Source: a virus. From it: a stretch of DNA of 64,000 nt. The position numbers were made by a program, and so were the translations under genes. The stretch is from positions 32,001 through 96,000 of IMG/VR virus record IMGVR_UViG_3300045988_173816, one strand, 5' to 3'. The notes under the pieces were generated by a model that saw nothing but the letters and a program-made list of their open reading frames with translations, made no database searches and was not told the DNA's origin. This document shows positions 37,487 through 46,140 of the stretch, one piece after another (position 1 is the first letter of the stretch; every line of letters begins with the position of its first letter).

Positions 37487-38752
37487 ATGCAGTTTAAAGA
37501 AGATTTTTTAAATGAATTTCGCAAAGTGATTAAAGATATATTATTGGAAGGCGATTTGGAACGCCTAAAACTCGCTAAAGAGTTTCTAGGTTTTGACAAT
37601 CAAGCATTTGGGGAATTTTTAGTTCCTTTATTTAAAGAAGAGCAAGAACTAGTGTTACATCACGTGTTAGCTCGTCCAAGTTACCCAACAAATCTCACCG
37701 CGGTATCCTCAGAAGACCATAACCATTTGTCCGAGGGGAAAGCACCACTTCAAAGTATAAATGTTCAATCGATGATGATTGAAGTTGATGAACCTTTAAC
37801 TGAGGAAGACAAGCAAGAACCTACCTACAAGTGGTGTCCTCGTAAGATTTCTGAAACTTCAAGTGGGAACCTTTGTGGTGTCGTACTTTTGACAGAGCGC
37901 GGTTTTGAGATTGAAGATGTTGAGACTGGTGAAGTTCTTTATGAAGGTAATTTTAGTATATACAAACAATTAGACCTAAGTAATGGTTTGGTTATTTCTT
38001 TTAGTTTGACGGGTTCTCACATTTACAATGTCGCTTATGAATCAGAAATTAACCCTAAGAATAATATGGTTTACATTCAAAATTGTCCATTACAGAAAGA
38101 TGAGCAAGGTTATTATGTTCCTACAGATTTTGAGGGTAATTCCCTTAAAGTACATGGGTCACGTTGTGGGGTTTATAATGTAAGTGATTTTGTGGTTAAA
38201 CGTTATGGTTTAGCAGATGCTACTTCGGTAGATTTGGTTTTAACTGTAGGAGAGGTTCCTCGTATTGCTTGGGTGCATCACAATACTCCAATGAAACCAA
38301 CTTCTAAGGTGACTGAGGTGGAGTTATCAACACCTTCGGTGTCCTCGCAAAAGGTGAAGTCTCCTAGAACCTTTGCAAAATATGACTTTGATTTGGTGGG
38401 TAAGAAAGTTGCTATTTTAGGTTTACCTAAGTCTCTAATTGAGCGCTTCAAGACTTTGGTGCTGAAGGAGAAAGGAGCAGAAGAACTTGAATTTATTGAT
38501 TCTAGTTCACATGAAGAGACTGTAAATATACCAAATAGGTTGAAAGACTTTGATATTATTGTTATTGTAAAACGGTTCGTTGGTCATAGTACAATTTACC
38601 GTCTAAAAACTGTTCTAACGGCTTCTAGTGCGCAAATGGTAAATACTACCTCTCATGGGTTAGACGCATTGGAGAGAGCCTTATATCGAGCCTCAGAAGG
38701 TCTTTCCGCAGAAGAAGGAACAACTACAGTAAACTATCCTTTGTTACCTTAA
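37487..38752 (+). CDS. hypothetical protein (C-terminal DUF2325-like pattern, weak)
   Basis: 421-codon ORF. The C-terminus KKVAILGLP...DFDIIVIVKRFVGHST is reminiscent of DUF2325, unverified. Confidence 0.5.
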   Translation: MQFKEDFLNEFRKVIKDILLEGDLERLKLAKEFLGFDNQAFGEFLVPLFKEEQELVLHHVLARPSYPTNLTAVSSEDHNHLSEGKAPLQSINVQSMMIEVDEPLTEEDKQEPTYKWCPRKISETSSGNLCGVVLLTERGFEIEDVETGEVLYEGNFSIYKQLDLSNGLVISFSLTGSHIYNVAYESEINPKNNMVYIQNCPLQKDEQGYYVPTDFEGNSLKVHGSRCGVYNVSDFVVKRYGLADATSVDLVLTVGEVPRIAWVHHNTPMKPTSKVTEVELSTPSVSSQKVKSPRTFAKYDFDLVGKKVAILGLPKSLIERFKTLVLKEKGAEELEFIDSSSHEETVNIPNRLKDFDIIVIVKRFVGHSTIYRLKTVLTASSAQMVNTTSHGLDALERALYRASEGLSAEEGTTTVNYPLLP

Positions 38753-38758
38753 TTTAAA

Positions 38759-38785
38759 AGAAAACCTAAGTGGTTTTCTTTTTGT
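38759..38785 (+). terminator. rho-independent terminator
   Basis: Stem AGAAAACC-taagt-GGTTTTCT followed by TTTTT. Confidence 0.65.
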
Positions 38786-38821
38786 TTTCTTGCCAATTTT
38801 TGTTTCAGCTTTTTCTTTTCC

Positions 38822-38850
38822 TTGACTTTTAGTAAACTTTGTGTTATAAT
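38822..38850 (+). promoter_or_regulatory. sigma-A promoter with extended -10
   Basis: TTGACT, 17-bp spacer, TGtTATAAT (TATAAT at 38845-38850). Confidence 0.7.
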
Positions 38851-38886
38851 ATTAGAGAAAAATAAAAGTATGTAGAGGTTACATTT

Positions 38887-39708
38887 ATGAGTGAAAAAGG
38901 TTTGAGTCGTAGTGCTTACCGCTCTCGGTATCAGATTCAAGAGTCAACATTTAATTACTTGCTACAGAGTGGTAAGATTGGTTTGGCTTATGTACCAGAA
39001 TTAAAAATGGATGAGAAAGTTGAGAGTACAGGTAAGAAACGCACTCGTATTCGAGGTCTTCGTTATGTAGACCAAGCTCCTTTATCTGATGAGGAAGTGA
39101 TTAAATCAGATAAGTATGTAGAAGGTAGCTCAGAGAACCAAGGGGACTCTATTGTTTCTTTGCAGGAGTTGTCAACAGAGCTTGGAGTTGGAAGACTTTC
39201 GAAGATGTCTGTTCTAGTTCATGATTTTGCAAGAGAACTGGGAATTGAACTTGTTCGTTATAGTTGTTTTTATCCTATTTATTCGCAGTCGGTCTTACTA
39301 GTAGGATTGAGTCGAGACTTGAAAGAGACTTTCTTGATTTGGTGGGATAAAAAGCAAGCACCAAAATCAAATTTGTCTCGTAAGAAGCGCTCAAGAGAAC
39401 TTGTTCCCTTTGAAGAAGTAACAGTTGAGGTCTTGTCTCGTTTGTACCCCTATAATGCTTTGGTTGAAGCTTTAGATTTGGATTCTGAGGAACTATTTAG
39501 GGTATCCCCTAAAAAATTCAAAGAGTATTTAAATAGACATTGTACTTCTGAATTATGTGATGATATTAAAGCTATCTATTTAGATGGTCTTCCAATTCTA
39601 AAATGGGCTGAGAAACAAGGTATTACAAAAGCAGCTATGTATTTGAGACTTGAGCGTTACGCAGAGCGTTTCGCAAAAGACAAAGACAAGTTCTTGTTTG
39701 GGGAGTAG
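38887..39708 (+). CDS. hypothetical protein, possible HTH DNA-binding
   Basis: 273-codon ORF with HTH-like stretches near both ends (STFNYLLQSGKIG; GITKAAMYLRLERY). Weak evidence. Confidence 0.5.
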   Translation: MSEKGLSRSAYRSRYQIQESTFNYLLQSGKIGLAYVPELKMDEKVESTGKKRTRIRGLRYVDQAPLSDEEVIKSDKYVEGSSENQGDSIVSLQELSTELGVGRLSKMSVLVHDFARELGIELVRYSCFYPIYSQSVLLVGLSRDLKETFLIWWDKKQAPKSNLSRKKRSRELVPFEEVTVEVLSRLYPYNALVEALDLDSEELFRVSPKKFKEYLNRHCTSELCDDIKAIYLDGLPILKWAEKQGITKAAMYLRLERYAERFAKDKDKFLFGE

Positions 39709-39724
39709 AAAGAGAGGGATTTAT

Positions 39725-40405
39725 TTGAAGAAAAAAGCAGCAAATTTAGACTTAACAAAACTTCCTTCTACACCGTTTGTAAAATCAACCCAAGCTCTTA
39801 AGCAGTTTTGGGAGAAAAAGGTTTTAAATCATGCTCTTCGTCAACTTTATCCAAACAAGAAGTTTAGTTTAAATACGAGACTTTGGAACGATTTAGTTTT
39901 TGTGCAGGAAGGTGACAGATTAGAGATTAAAGTTAATCGAGTAGTAACTTTGAAACCTGACCAAATTGAAGTTTCAGTGCAGTTGCATGTGCAGTTGCGA
40001 GATAATGTAGACCCCTTGCTGAAGCCTTATTGGTTAAAAGGTAAACCTTTTATGTCATTAGGTACTGAGTTTGTCTTAACGGAGCGTGGTTATAGGATTC
40101 CTTTAGGTTACACTACAAAAGAAGAGATGGCTTTAACTCGTCCTCTTTACACGATATATAGAGCATTATTGAAGATTCGTAAGGAGCACCAATTAGTTGG
40201 TGAGGTTCGAATTACTCGCACTGCTTTAAATCAAACTGTTGAGGGGTATCTCCCAACTGGTGAACCTATTCGCTTGGTGTATTCACAATCTGGAGTTTTA
40301 CGTGAGAAGTCTGTAAACGGTGAGGTAGTTGATGTTTACAAGAAGTTTGGTGAAGTTGAGCGACCAAAAGTTGTTCGAACTCGGTCTTCTAAGAAAGTAG
40401 GTTGA
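39725..40405 (+). CDS. hypothetical basic protein
   Basis: TTG 39725 after AGAAAGAGAGGGA is preferred over the track start 39650. Confidence 0.5.
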   Translation: MKKKAANLDLTKLPSTPFVKSTQALKQFWEKKVLNHALRQLYPNKKFSLNTRLWNDLVFVQEGDRLEIKVNRVVTLKPDQIEVSVQLHVQLRDNVDPLLKPYWLKGKPFMSLGTEFVLTERGYRIPLGYTTKEEMALTRPLYTIYRALLKIRKEHQLVGEVRITRTALNQTVEGYLPTGEPIRLVYSQSGVLREKSVNGEVVDVYKKFGEVERPKVVRTRSSKKVG

Positions 40406-40412
40406 GAGTTGG

Positions 40413-40547
40413 ATGGATAAAGGTTTAGAAAATTCTTCTTCTCAAGGTTATAGACTCCAAGAGACTCGCTACAACCATAAATGTCGAGACACTTCTTGTA
40501 AAGAGTTTGACTTAGCACAAGAGAAGAAGGTGCAATCAGATGAGTGA
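40413..40547 (+). CDS. possible 44-aa protein
   Basis: ATG ORF filling the gap and overlapping the next start by 8 nt. Below the track cutoff. Confidence 0.25.
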   Translation: MDKGLENSSSQGYRLQETRYNHKCRDTSCKEFDLAQEKKVQSDE

Positions 40548-40737
40548 AAAGCGTTTAGTTGTAACTGTTTATGAGCGCACTAAACTGTTGCAAGCCTTAA
40601 AGGAGCTTGGGTTCACTTGGGTTGAAGGTGAAGGAATTTTAGATAGGATTTTAATTACTATGGCTCCAAATTCTTTGGTTCCGACACAACAAGAAGTTAC
40701 ATTAAATATTCAATCGTCTAATCATTTCTCGAATTGA
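40540..40737 (+). CDS. hypothetical protein (in-frame continuation beyond TGA, see findings)
   Basis: 65-codon ORF. The 77 codons after its TGA stay open in the same frame up to 40968. Confidence 0.45.
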   Translation: MSEKRLVVTVYERTKLLQALKELGFTWVEGEGILDRILITMAPNSLVPTQQEVTLNIQSSNHFSN

Positions 40738-40967
40738 TTATATAATTTAGGTTTAGAGAGCGAAATTTACTACTTAGGTAAATCTCATTTAGGTCGAAGA
40801 TTTGACACGGAGTTGTTTCAAACCATTTACTCTCAGTTTAACTTAGATTATTATATCGAGAATAGCGAACTATATGTAAGTCGTTTTGTGTTGAAAGATG
40901 TATTACGTTTCTTTTCTCAGTTTACATGGAAGCAGTTAGTTTTTATTAAAGAAGTTGAGGTGTTTAG

Positions 40968-41498
40968 TTGAGGGTTTATGTAGATTTAGATAACACGTTA
41001 TTAGATTCTGCGAGTCGTTTGGTTGATTTTGAACCAAGTTATGATCCAGAAAAGCAGTTATCTTACGATTTGGGAAGAGGTTTGTTGAAATACTTTTCAG
41101 ACCCAACGTTTTATGTATTTGGTGATATTAAAGTCAATGTAGAAGTGGTTCGGTATCTGGAAAGTCTCGTAGGTTCTAGTTTAGAGGACATTTGTTTTAT
41201 TAGCTTGAGTCCTACTGAGGAGATAGCTAAAAAGAAGCGAGATTTGCTGAATAAGTTAGGGTTTGGTTCTTCTGCTTTTATGTCTTTTTATAGTCATGAA
41301 CAAGAAGCTCAGACTTTGGAGAGACTGTTGAAGTCGGCTAAAGAGAGTTCAGACTCGGTGGTTTTTATTGAAGATAACCCTTACCGTATCCTCAAGTTTC
41401 AAGACAACCAAGCCAATTATAAAGTTGTTCGTCATCCTTATACTGTGGGTCGCTACCCCGGTCATGTTTACGTGGCGAGTGCTAATTACTACAAGTAA
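40968..41498 (+). CDS. HAD-superfamily phosphatase, 5'(3')-deoxyribonucleotidase-like
   Basis: N-terminal VYVDLDNTLLD (DxDxT motif I) and a distal VVFIEDNP acidic motif. Confidence 0.6.
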   Translation: MRVYVDLDNTLLDSASRLVDFEPSYDPEKQLSYDLGRGLLKYFSDPTFYVFGDIKVNVEVVRYLESLVGSSLEDICFISLSPTEEIAKKKRDLLNKLGFGSSAFMSFYSHEQEAQTLERLLKSAKESSDSVVFIEDNPYRILKFQDNQANYKVVRHPYTVGRYPGHVYVASANYYK

Positions 41499-41525
41499 AG
41501 AAACTCTTGCACGTTTGGATAGATT

Positions 41526-41822
41526 ATGATAGAATTAAAGAAAATTAAGAAAGCTCTACAAGTTCTCGGTTTTGAAGGTGTTGTAAAGGTAGACCAAGCG
41601 AGTTTAAAACAAGCTTACAAAAAGCGCTCTAAAGAGGTTCACCCAGATATTGGAGGTGGTTCTCACGAAGCGTTTAAAGAGCTACAAGAAGCTTATGACT
41701 TGGTTTTAGCACACGGTTTAGGTAAGACTATTGATTTAGTAACTAGAGAGGTTCTAGTTACACAAGGTTCAGATTTACTGCGGTATCATCTCGCGGGGCG
41801 AGAATATAATTGTAGAGTATAA
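41526..41822 (+). CDS. stand-alone J-domain protein
   Basis: LKQAYKKRSKEVHPDIGG...FKELQEAYDLV carries the HPD tripeptide in J-domain helix II/III context. Only 98 aa. Confidence 0.7.
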   Translation: MIELKKIKKALQVLGFEGVVKVDQASLKQAYKKRSKEVHPDIGGGSHEAFKELQEAYDLVLAHGLGKTIDLVTREVLVTQGSDLLRYHLAGREYNCRV

Positions 41823-41837
41823 GAGAGGTTTTAGATT

Positions 41838-42116
41838 ATGAAATTTGTAAATAAGTGGAACTTACCACTTTTGGTATTATCAGTTACTATGGGGCTTACT
41901 GCTATTGCAGTTCTAGTAACCTTTGTTTTACGTCTAGTAGGGGTTACTACTATTGATATTATCACAGTGACTATTCCTTTAGGTGTTGTCGTAGTTCTCG
42001 TTATTGCTTGGGCTTTTGTTTTGTTTATCTATTCTAAAGTTAGCCACAAAGGTTTCTTAGACGACAACGGTTCAACTTATGAAAGTGACTTTGAGTCAGA
42101 TGATGGGTGGGAATAA
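41838..42116 (+). CDS. small membrane protein
   Basis: Two TM segments and an acidic C-terminus. Confidence 0.5.
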   Translation: MKFVNKWNLPLLVLSVTMGLTAIAVLVTFVLRLVGVTTIDIITVTIPLGVVVVLVIAWAFVLFIYSKVSHKGFLDDNGSTYESDFESDDGWE

Positions 42117-42256
42117 TGGTCTTTATATTTTTATTTTTATTTTTATTGGTTGGTTGTTCGATGCTCGCGTATGATTTATATACTGCGCCAAATGTAGATA
42201 CTTACTTTTCGAGAGAGTTTGTAGACTTTGAATTTAAAATTTTTACGCATAAATAA
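42116..42256 (+). CDS. possible 46-aa lipoprotein
   Basis: MVFIFLFLFLLVGCS has the lipobox LVGC. TAATG overlap with the previous gene, followed by a terminator. Below the track cutoff. Confidence 0.4.
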   Translation: MVFIFLFLFLLVGCSMLAYDLYTAPNVDTYFSREFVDFEFKIFTHK

Positions 42257-42264
42257 TTGGTTTT

Positions 42265-42295
42265 GAGGTTGTAGAAAGCTACAACCTCTTTTCTA
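42265..42295 (+). terminator. rho-independent terminator
   Basis: Stem GAGGTTGTAG-aaag-CTACAACCTC followed by TTTTC. Confidence 0.7.
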
Positions 42296-42560
42296 TTTTC
42301 TAAAACGCACCAGATTGCCCTAGATTTAATTTTAACCTCGTTTGGTACAATAAGTCTAACTTTAATTTTAAATGCGACACGGAGCAAATGAGAGCTTTTA
42401 AATTTGATTTTAGGGAAAATATCTTCAGTTCGGTTTTGAGACTTAAGTTCATCCATCAGTCCTCCTAACGGTATCTTCATTTTCTTGACTTTTGTTTAGT
42501 TTATCTATTTTTCTCCCTTAATTCTTTTATTTAGGTTTACGAAAAGTAGTAGTTATGATG

Positions 42561-42978
42561 TGTCATAACTATTTTTATTTTTGTCATAGCTTTTAGAAAT
42601 TGTGTCCTAAAAATAAGTTGTTTTGTCATGAGCTTGTCCTAATTGTCTTAAAATTTGTCATAAGGTTATTTATTTTTGTCATAAATCTATTCAAATTTGT
42701 CATAATTCTATTTAGAATTGTCATAAAAACAGTTTTATTTGTCCTAACTTTAGTTAAAAGTGTCATAGAGTGATTACATTTTGTCCTAAATCTTTGCTTG
42801 TTTGTCATAAAATACTTAGATTTTGTCCTAAATTTACTCAAAGGTGTCATAGAATAGTTTATTTTTGTCTTAACTTTAGTTATACTTGTCTTAATTTGAG
42901 GGTTGTTTGTCATACCTCTCTTAAATTCTGTCCTAATTTAGTAACTAATTGTCTTAAAAGACTTTAAATTGTGTCATA
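42561..42978 (+). repeat. array of 22 direct iterons, core TGTCMTA, 21-bp phasing
   Basis: Cores at 42561, 582, 603, 624, 635, 644, 656, 677, 698, 719, 740, 761, 782, 803, 824, 845, 866, 887, 908, 929, 950, 972. All are in the same orientation. Spacing is 21 bp, with 9-12-bp steps (a half-period register shift) between 42624 and 42656 and a final 22-bp step. Confidence 0.9.
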
Positions 42979-43274
42979 CCTTTTTCAAGGTTGTGCATGA
43001 TGTTTTTGGTTTGCGATGTTGGAACGCCCTAATTCCGTAAGGATTTGGTGGCTTTCTATTTGGGTTTGTGTTGATTTGATTTAGTTGCATTGGTTTGATG
43101 CTTGAGGTTTGGTTTTAAGTAAGTAGTTTGAACTTCAGTACGATTAAGTAGAAGCGTATGATTGATTCAACTCTCGACAAAATCAAAACGGACACCAAGC
43201 CTTTGCGGTATCTTAAGTCTACGTGCGTTTCTAACTCAGTTCTCATTTCTGATTAGCTTTTGGAGTAATTAAAT

Positions 43275-43330
43275 AGCAGAAAGCAGAAAGCAGAAAGCAG
43301 AAAGCAGAAAGCAGAAAGCGGAAAGCAGAA
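43275..43330 (+). repeat. heptanucleotide tandem repeat (AGCAGAA) x8
   Basis: Eight contiguous units, the seventh reading AGCGGAA. Located in the non-coding ori-like region. Confidence 0.9.
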
Positions 43331-43505
43331 CCTCATTTTTAAACTTCTGTTTTCTACTATTAAAAGCACTCCCCAACCTCCCCATTCGGTATCTAAGATT
43401 TTACTTTTTCTTTATAGTAAATCCAACTTCAGCTAAAATTATTTAATTTAGTCTAAAAATGATGAACTTATCGTAGTATAGTTTAGATTTTGTACATTTT
43501 ATTAC

Positions 43506-43534
43506 TTGATTTTTAATTTAAAATAATGTATAAT
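43506..43534 (+). promoter_or_regulatory. sigma-A-type promoter
   Basis: TTGATT, 17-bp spacer, TATAAT (43529-43534) preceded by TG. AT-rich surroundings. Confidence 0.5.
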
Positions 43535-43676
43535 AAACCTTAAGAAATTCAGCAAGGAAAAATTCTAGTTATAGGACTAGGTTTCAGACTGAAAATTTTA
43601 TAGAAAGGATAAAGTACAGAAAAGTTGAATGATTTATTTTGTACTTATACATTAAATCATAGAATAGTAGTTTTTT

Positions 43677-44438
43677 GTGTGGTTTTTAACTTTTATGGGT
43701 AAAAAGAAACCGATATTTAATACTTTAAATCAGATTTATTCTGATATTACTTTGTTTCAAACTCGACTGGAAAATAATAAACATATTCCTTCTAGTTCGG
43801 TCTTACAAACAGTAGAGGACTTGCAATTTGCAAAAACCCTTGTCGATTTTTTGAAGAGTGGTTCTTATTTAAACTTGAGTAAATCAAATGAAGAAAGCAC
43901 TCGTAGTCTTTTGAAATTATATCGATCAGGACTCAATCGCAAACAACTTGCAGACCTTTCAGGTTTGACTCCTCGTCAAATTTATTATGCAAATTTGAAG
44001 GTTGAAGAAAGTCTTGAATCGAGGTTTCCGACAGGCTTATTGAGTCTTTGGAAGAACCGCCAATTTCAAGTGATTGAGGAGTATTTACAGGTCAATTCTG
44101 ATGACCTTTCTTCTATTATAGAAGAAATTTTAGAGTTTCCTTTAGTACAATTTGCTCCAAGATTGTTAGGTCAGCGTACAAGTGAGCTTTACCGAGTAGA
44201 TTTGATTAAAGAGAAGTCAAAAGAAGAGATTATAGAAGCTCTTGAAAAAGTCTTAGAGATGGAGAAACGGGTTACGCAAACTTTACTTGAAAATCTTGAA
44301 GATATTAAGGTTTGGGGTTCACTCACTCGGTATCTGACCTTGAATAAAACCTTTCCTGCAGACTTGGTTTTGGAACTTCAAAAGAAGAACTTTCCAAACC
44401 TAAATACAGTTGAGTTTGAAAGGGTCGAGGGTGTTTGA
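43677..44438 (+). CDS. hypothetical protein with HTH-like segment (candidate initiator/regulator)
   Basis: First gene after the iteron region. LNRKQLADLSGLTPRQIYYA looks like an HTH. The start is uncertain (GTG 43677 or ATG 43695, neither with a clear RBS). Confidence 0.5.
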   Translation: MWFLTFMGKKKPIFNTLNQIYSDITLFQTRLENNKHIPSSSVLQTVEDLQFAKTLVDFLKSGSYLNLSKSNEESTRSLLKLYRSGLNRKQLADLSGLTPRQIYYANLKVEESLESRFPTGLLSLWKNRQFQVIEEYLQVNSDDLSSIIEEILEFPLVQFAPRLLGQRTSELYRVDLIKEKSKEEIIEALEKVLEMEKRVTQTLLENLEDIKVWGSLTRYLTLNKTFPADLVLELQKKNFPNLNTVEFERVEGV

Positions 44439-45682
44439 TTATGGTTGATAAATACACGATAGACTCTCCATATAAAGCTCTCTATTGGTCTTTCTACAAC
44501 ATTGCTTATAGTGAGATTTACAAAACTACCCCAGAGTTCATACCAACAGTTCCTTTTGAGCCAAGCGCTCTCAGTAAACTAGATGGGTATCCCTATGTGA
44601 GCACGGCTTCCGCTCGTAAACTTATAGTTTTAAAAGAGACAGTTGCAGCAGTTCCTCCAAGTTATGATTACCGTAGATTGTTAGCGCATTTTGAAACAGT
44701 AGTTGAGCAGTTTAGGGTGTCTAGTTCATCCTTTGTGATAACCGAAGAGAATTACACTTATTTGAAACCTAGCAACTACCCCTACCAACTCTCGTATAGC
44801 TTGGTGGTCTTGTGGTTTGCAATTTACCTTGATGTGATTGTAGGGGACTTTCATCTAAGTGTGAAAGGTTTGTCATCAGAGTTAGCAGAGTCTAGTATTC
44901 TTTACTATTTCAAGCTCTTTGAGTATTTACCGATTGAATACGATTTGAGTGCGAAAGATATAGACACGATTAACAGTCAGTTATATGTTGAGATGGCTCG
45001 TTTTCATGGCTACATGAACAAAGAGGTTTTACCTATTTCTGAGAAGCAACGACTCTTTAAAGAGCAAGGGTATCAGGAAGGTTCGATCGTTTTTCTCTAT
45101 GAGAAAGGTTATGTAGCAAACGAAGAGGTTCGCAGTAGCAAAGGTACTAATAAGTTCATTAGTAAGGTACATTTAGCTAAGATTACTAAGGTTACAGACA
45201 CTGAGGTTCAGTTTCATACTTACAATGTGTATAAGACGCGAGAAGGTTTGTTAGAAGATTTTGAAAGTCTACCAGAGTCTATTCAAGAATTATACGGTAG
45301 CTACGTTGAGTTTTTAGAACCTTCTTTAACTGTTAGTCGAGTAGAAGTAGGTTGGGATACGTTAGGCGTGAACTACGCTCAAACAAACAATTCGGTCTAC
45401 GCAGAACATTATTTCATTACTAAAGTTGAGTCGGTTTATTCTGTACCAATTACAGTTTTAAATGAGAACTTGTACTTTGAAACAACTGTTTTACCAGTAG
45501 AGGTTGCTACTCTATTTTTATTGCTGTCTTATCATATTCCATTTGATGAAGATTTGTACCAAAAGCAGTATTCCGTAGAGGTTTCTGAGATTCAGGAGAG
45601 AGTATCCTTTTATACCTCGCTACTGGAAGAAAAGCTAGGTTATGAACTTCAAGACTTTTGTAAAGTTAAAGAACTTTACTAG
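44435..45682 (+). CDS. hypothetical protein
   Basis: 415-codon ORF with a 4-nt overlap with the previous gene. Confidence 0.55.
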   Translation: MIMVDKYTIDSPYKALYWSFYNIAYSEIYKTTPEFIPTVPFEPSALSKLDGYPYVSTASARKLIVLKETVAAVPPSYDYRRLLAHFETVVEQFRVSSSSFVITEENYTYLKPSNYPYQLSYSLVVLWFAIYLDVIVGDFHLSVKGLSSELAESSILYYFKLFEYLPIEYDLSAKDIDTINSQLYVEMARFHGYMNKEVLPISEKQRLFKEQGYQEGSIVFLYEKGYVANEEVRSSKGTNKFISKVHLAKITKVTDTEVQFHTYNVYKTREGLLEDFESLPESIQELYGSYVEFLEPSLTVSRVEVGWDTLGVNYAQTNNSVYAEHYFITKVESVYSVPITVLNENLYFETTVLPVEVATLFLLLSYHIPFDEDLYQKQYSVEVSEIQERVSFYTSLLEEKLGYELQDFCKVKELY

Positions 45683-45699
45683 AAAAAGAAGGTACTTAG

Positions 45700-46140
45700 A
45701 TGATAGATAGGTACAAATATGAGGTTGAAATTATGGATGATGGGGTGGAGCGTACTGTTTCATGCGTAAACCTTTTTAAACACAGGCTTTATAGAGGGTT
45801 GGTTCAGACAAGAGGTAAAGGTCAGTACACGTGTTTATTTGAGATTTTGGCTTACCCTTTGTCTTATAAGAAAACTAAACTGGCAACATACTCTAATCGC
45901 TTGTTATATAAGAGTTTGTTTGAACTTACAGAACTTTCGCAAGAGGGTATCTCTTCACTGCGTGAAACTTTTCCTTTAGAGTTACTTCACCAAGCTTTTA
46001 AACGAGCGGTTCCAGAGCTTTACCTTTATAATAAGAGGGTTACTTCAGACAAGTACAAGCTCTTAGTTTCTAACTATTCTGAGCTTGAGTCAAATTATAT
46101 AAGGAGATTAGACAAATGTGGCAAAAAGTTTCAAAAATAG
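45700..46140 (+). CDS. hypothetical protein
   Basis: 146-codon ORF with RBS GAAGG. Confidence 0.5.
   Translation: MIDRYKYEVEIMDDGVERTVSCVNLFKHRLYRGLVQTRGKGQYTCLFEILAYPLSYKKTKLATYSNRLLYKSLFELTELSQEGISSLRETFPLELLHQAFKRAVPELYLYNKRVTSDKYKLLVSNYSELESNYIRRLDKCGKKFQK

Noticed and set aside
20342-40737. Genetic-code reassignment (TAG or TGA read as sense) suggested by the two in-frame stops with open continuations.
   Set aside because: TAA, TAG and TGA all terminate many well-delimited genes here (for example TAG at 793 and 11914, TGA at 1664, 3616 and 7928), each followed by RBS-start signals. Global recoding is therefore unlikely.
42202-42480. 92-aa minus-strand ORF, the only minus-strand ORF that lies partly in non-coding DNA, next to the iteron array.
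   Set aside because: It runs through the strong + strand terminator (42265-42295) and overlaps the + strand lipoprotein-like ORF (42116-42256). It has no SD within 15 nt of its ATG. I keep it only as a very low-probability candidate (a divergent regulator cannot be excluded without expression data).
42626-42967. ORFs 42626-42913 (-) and 42770-42967 (+) with periodic MT(K/N)... and CPK... peptides.
   Set aside because: They are translation artefacts of the 21-bp (7-codon) iteron periodicity.
42561-42978. Possibility that the regularly spaced repeats form a CRISPR array.
   Set aside because: Only a 7-9-bp core is conserved and the period is 21 bp, so the 'spacers' would be about 12 bp. No cas genes and no leader-like structure are present. 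The layout fits DNA-binding iterons instead.
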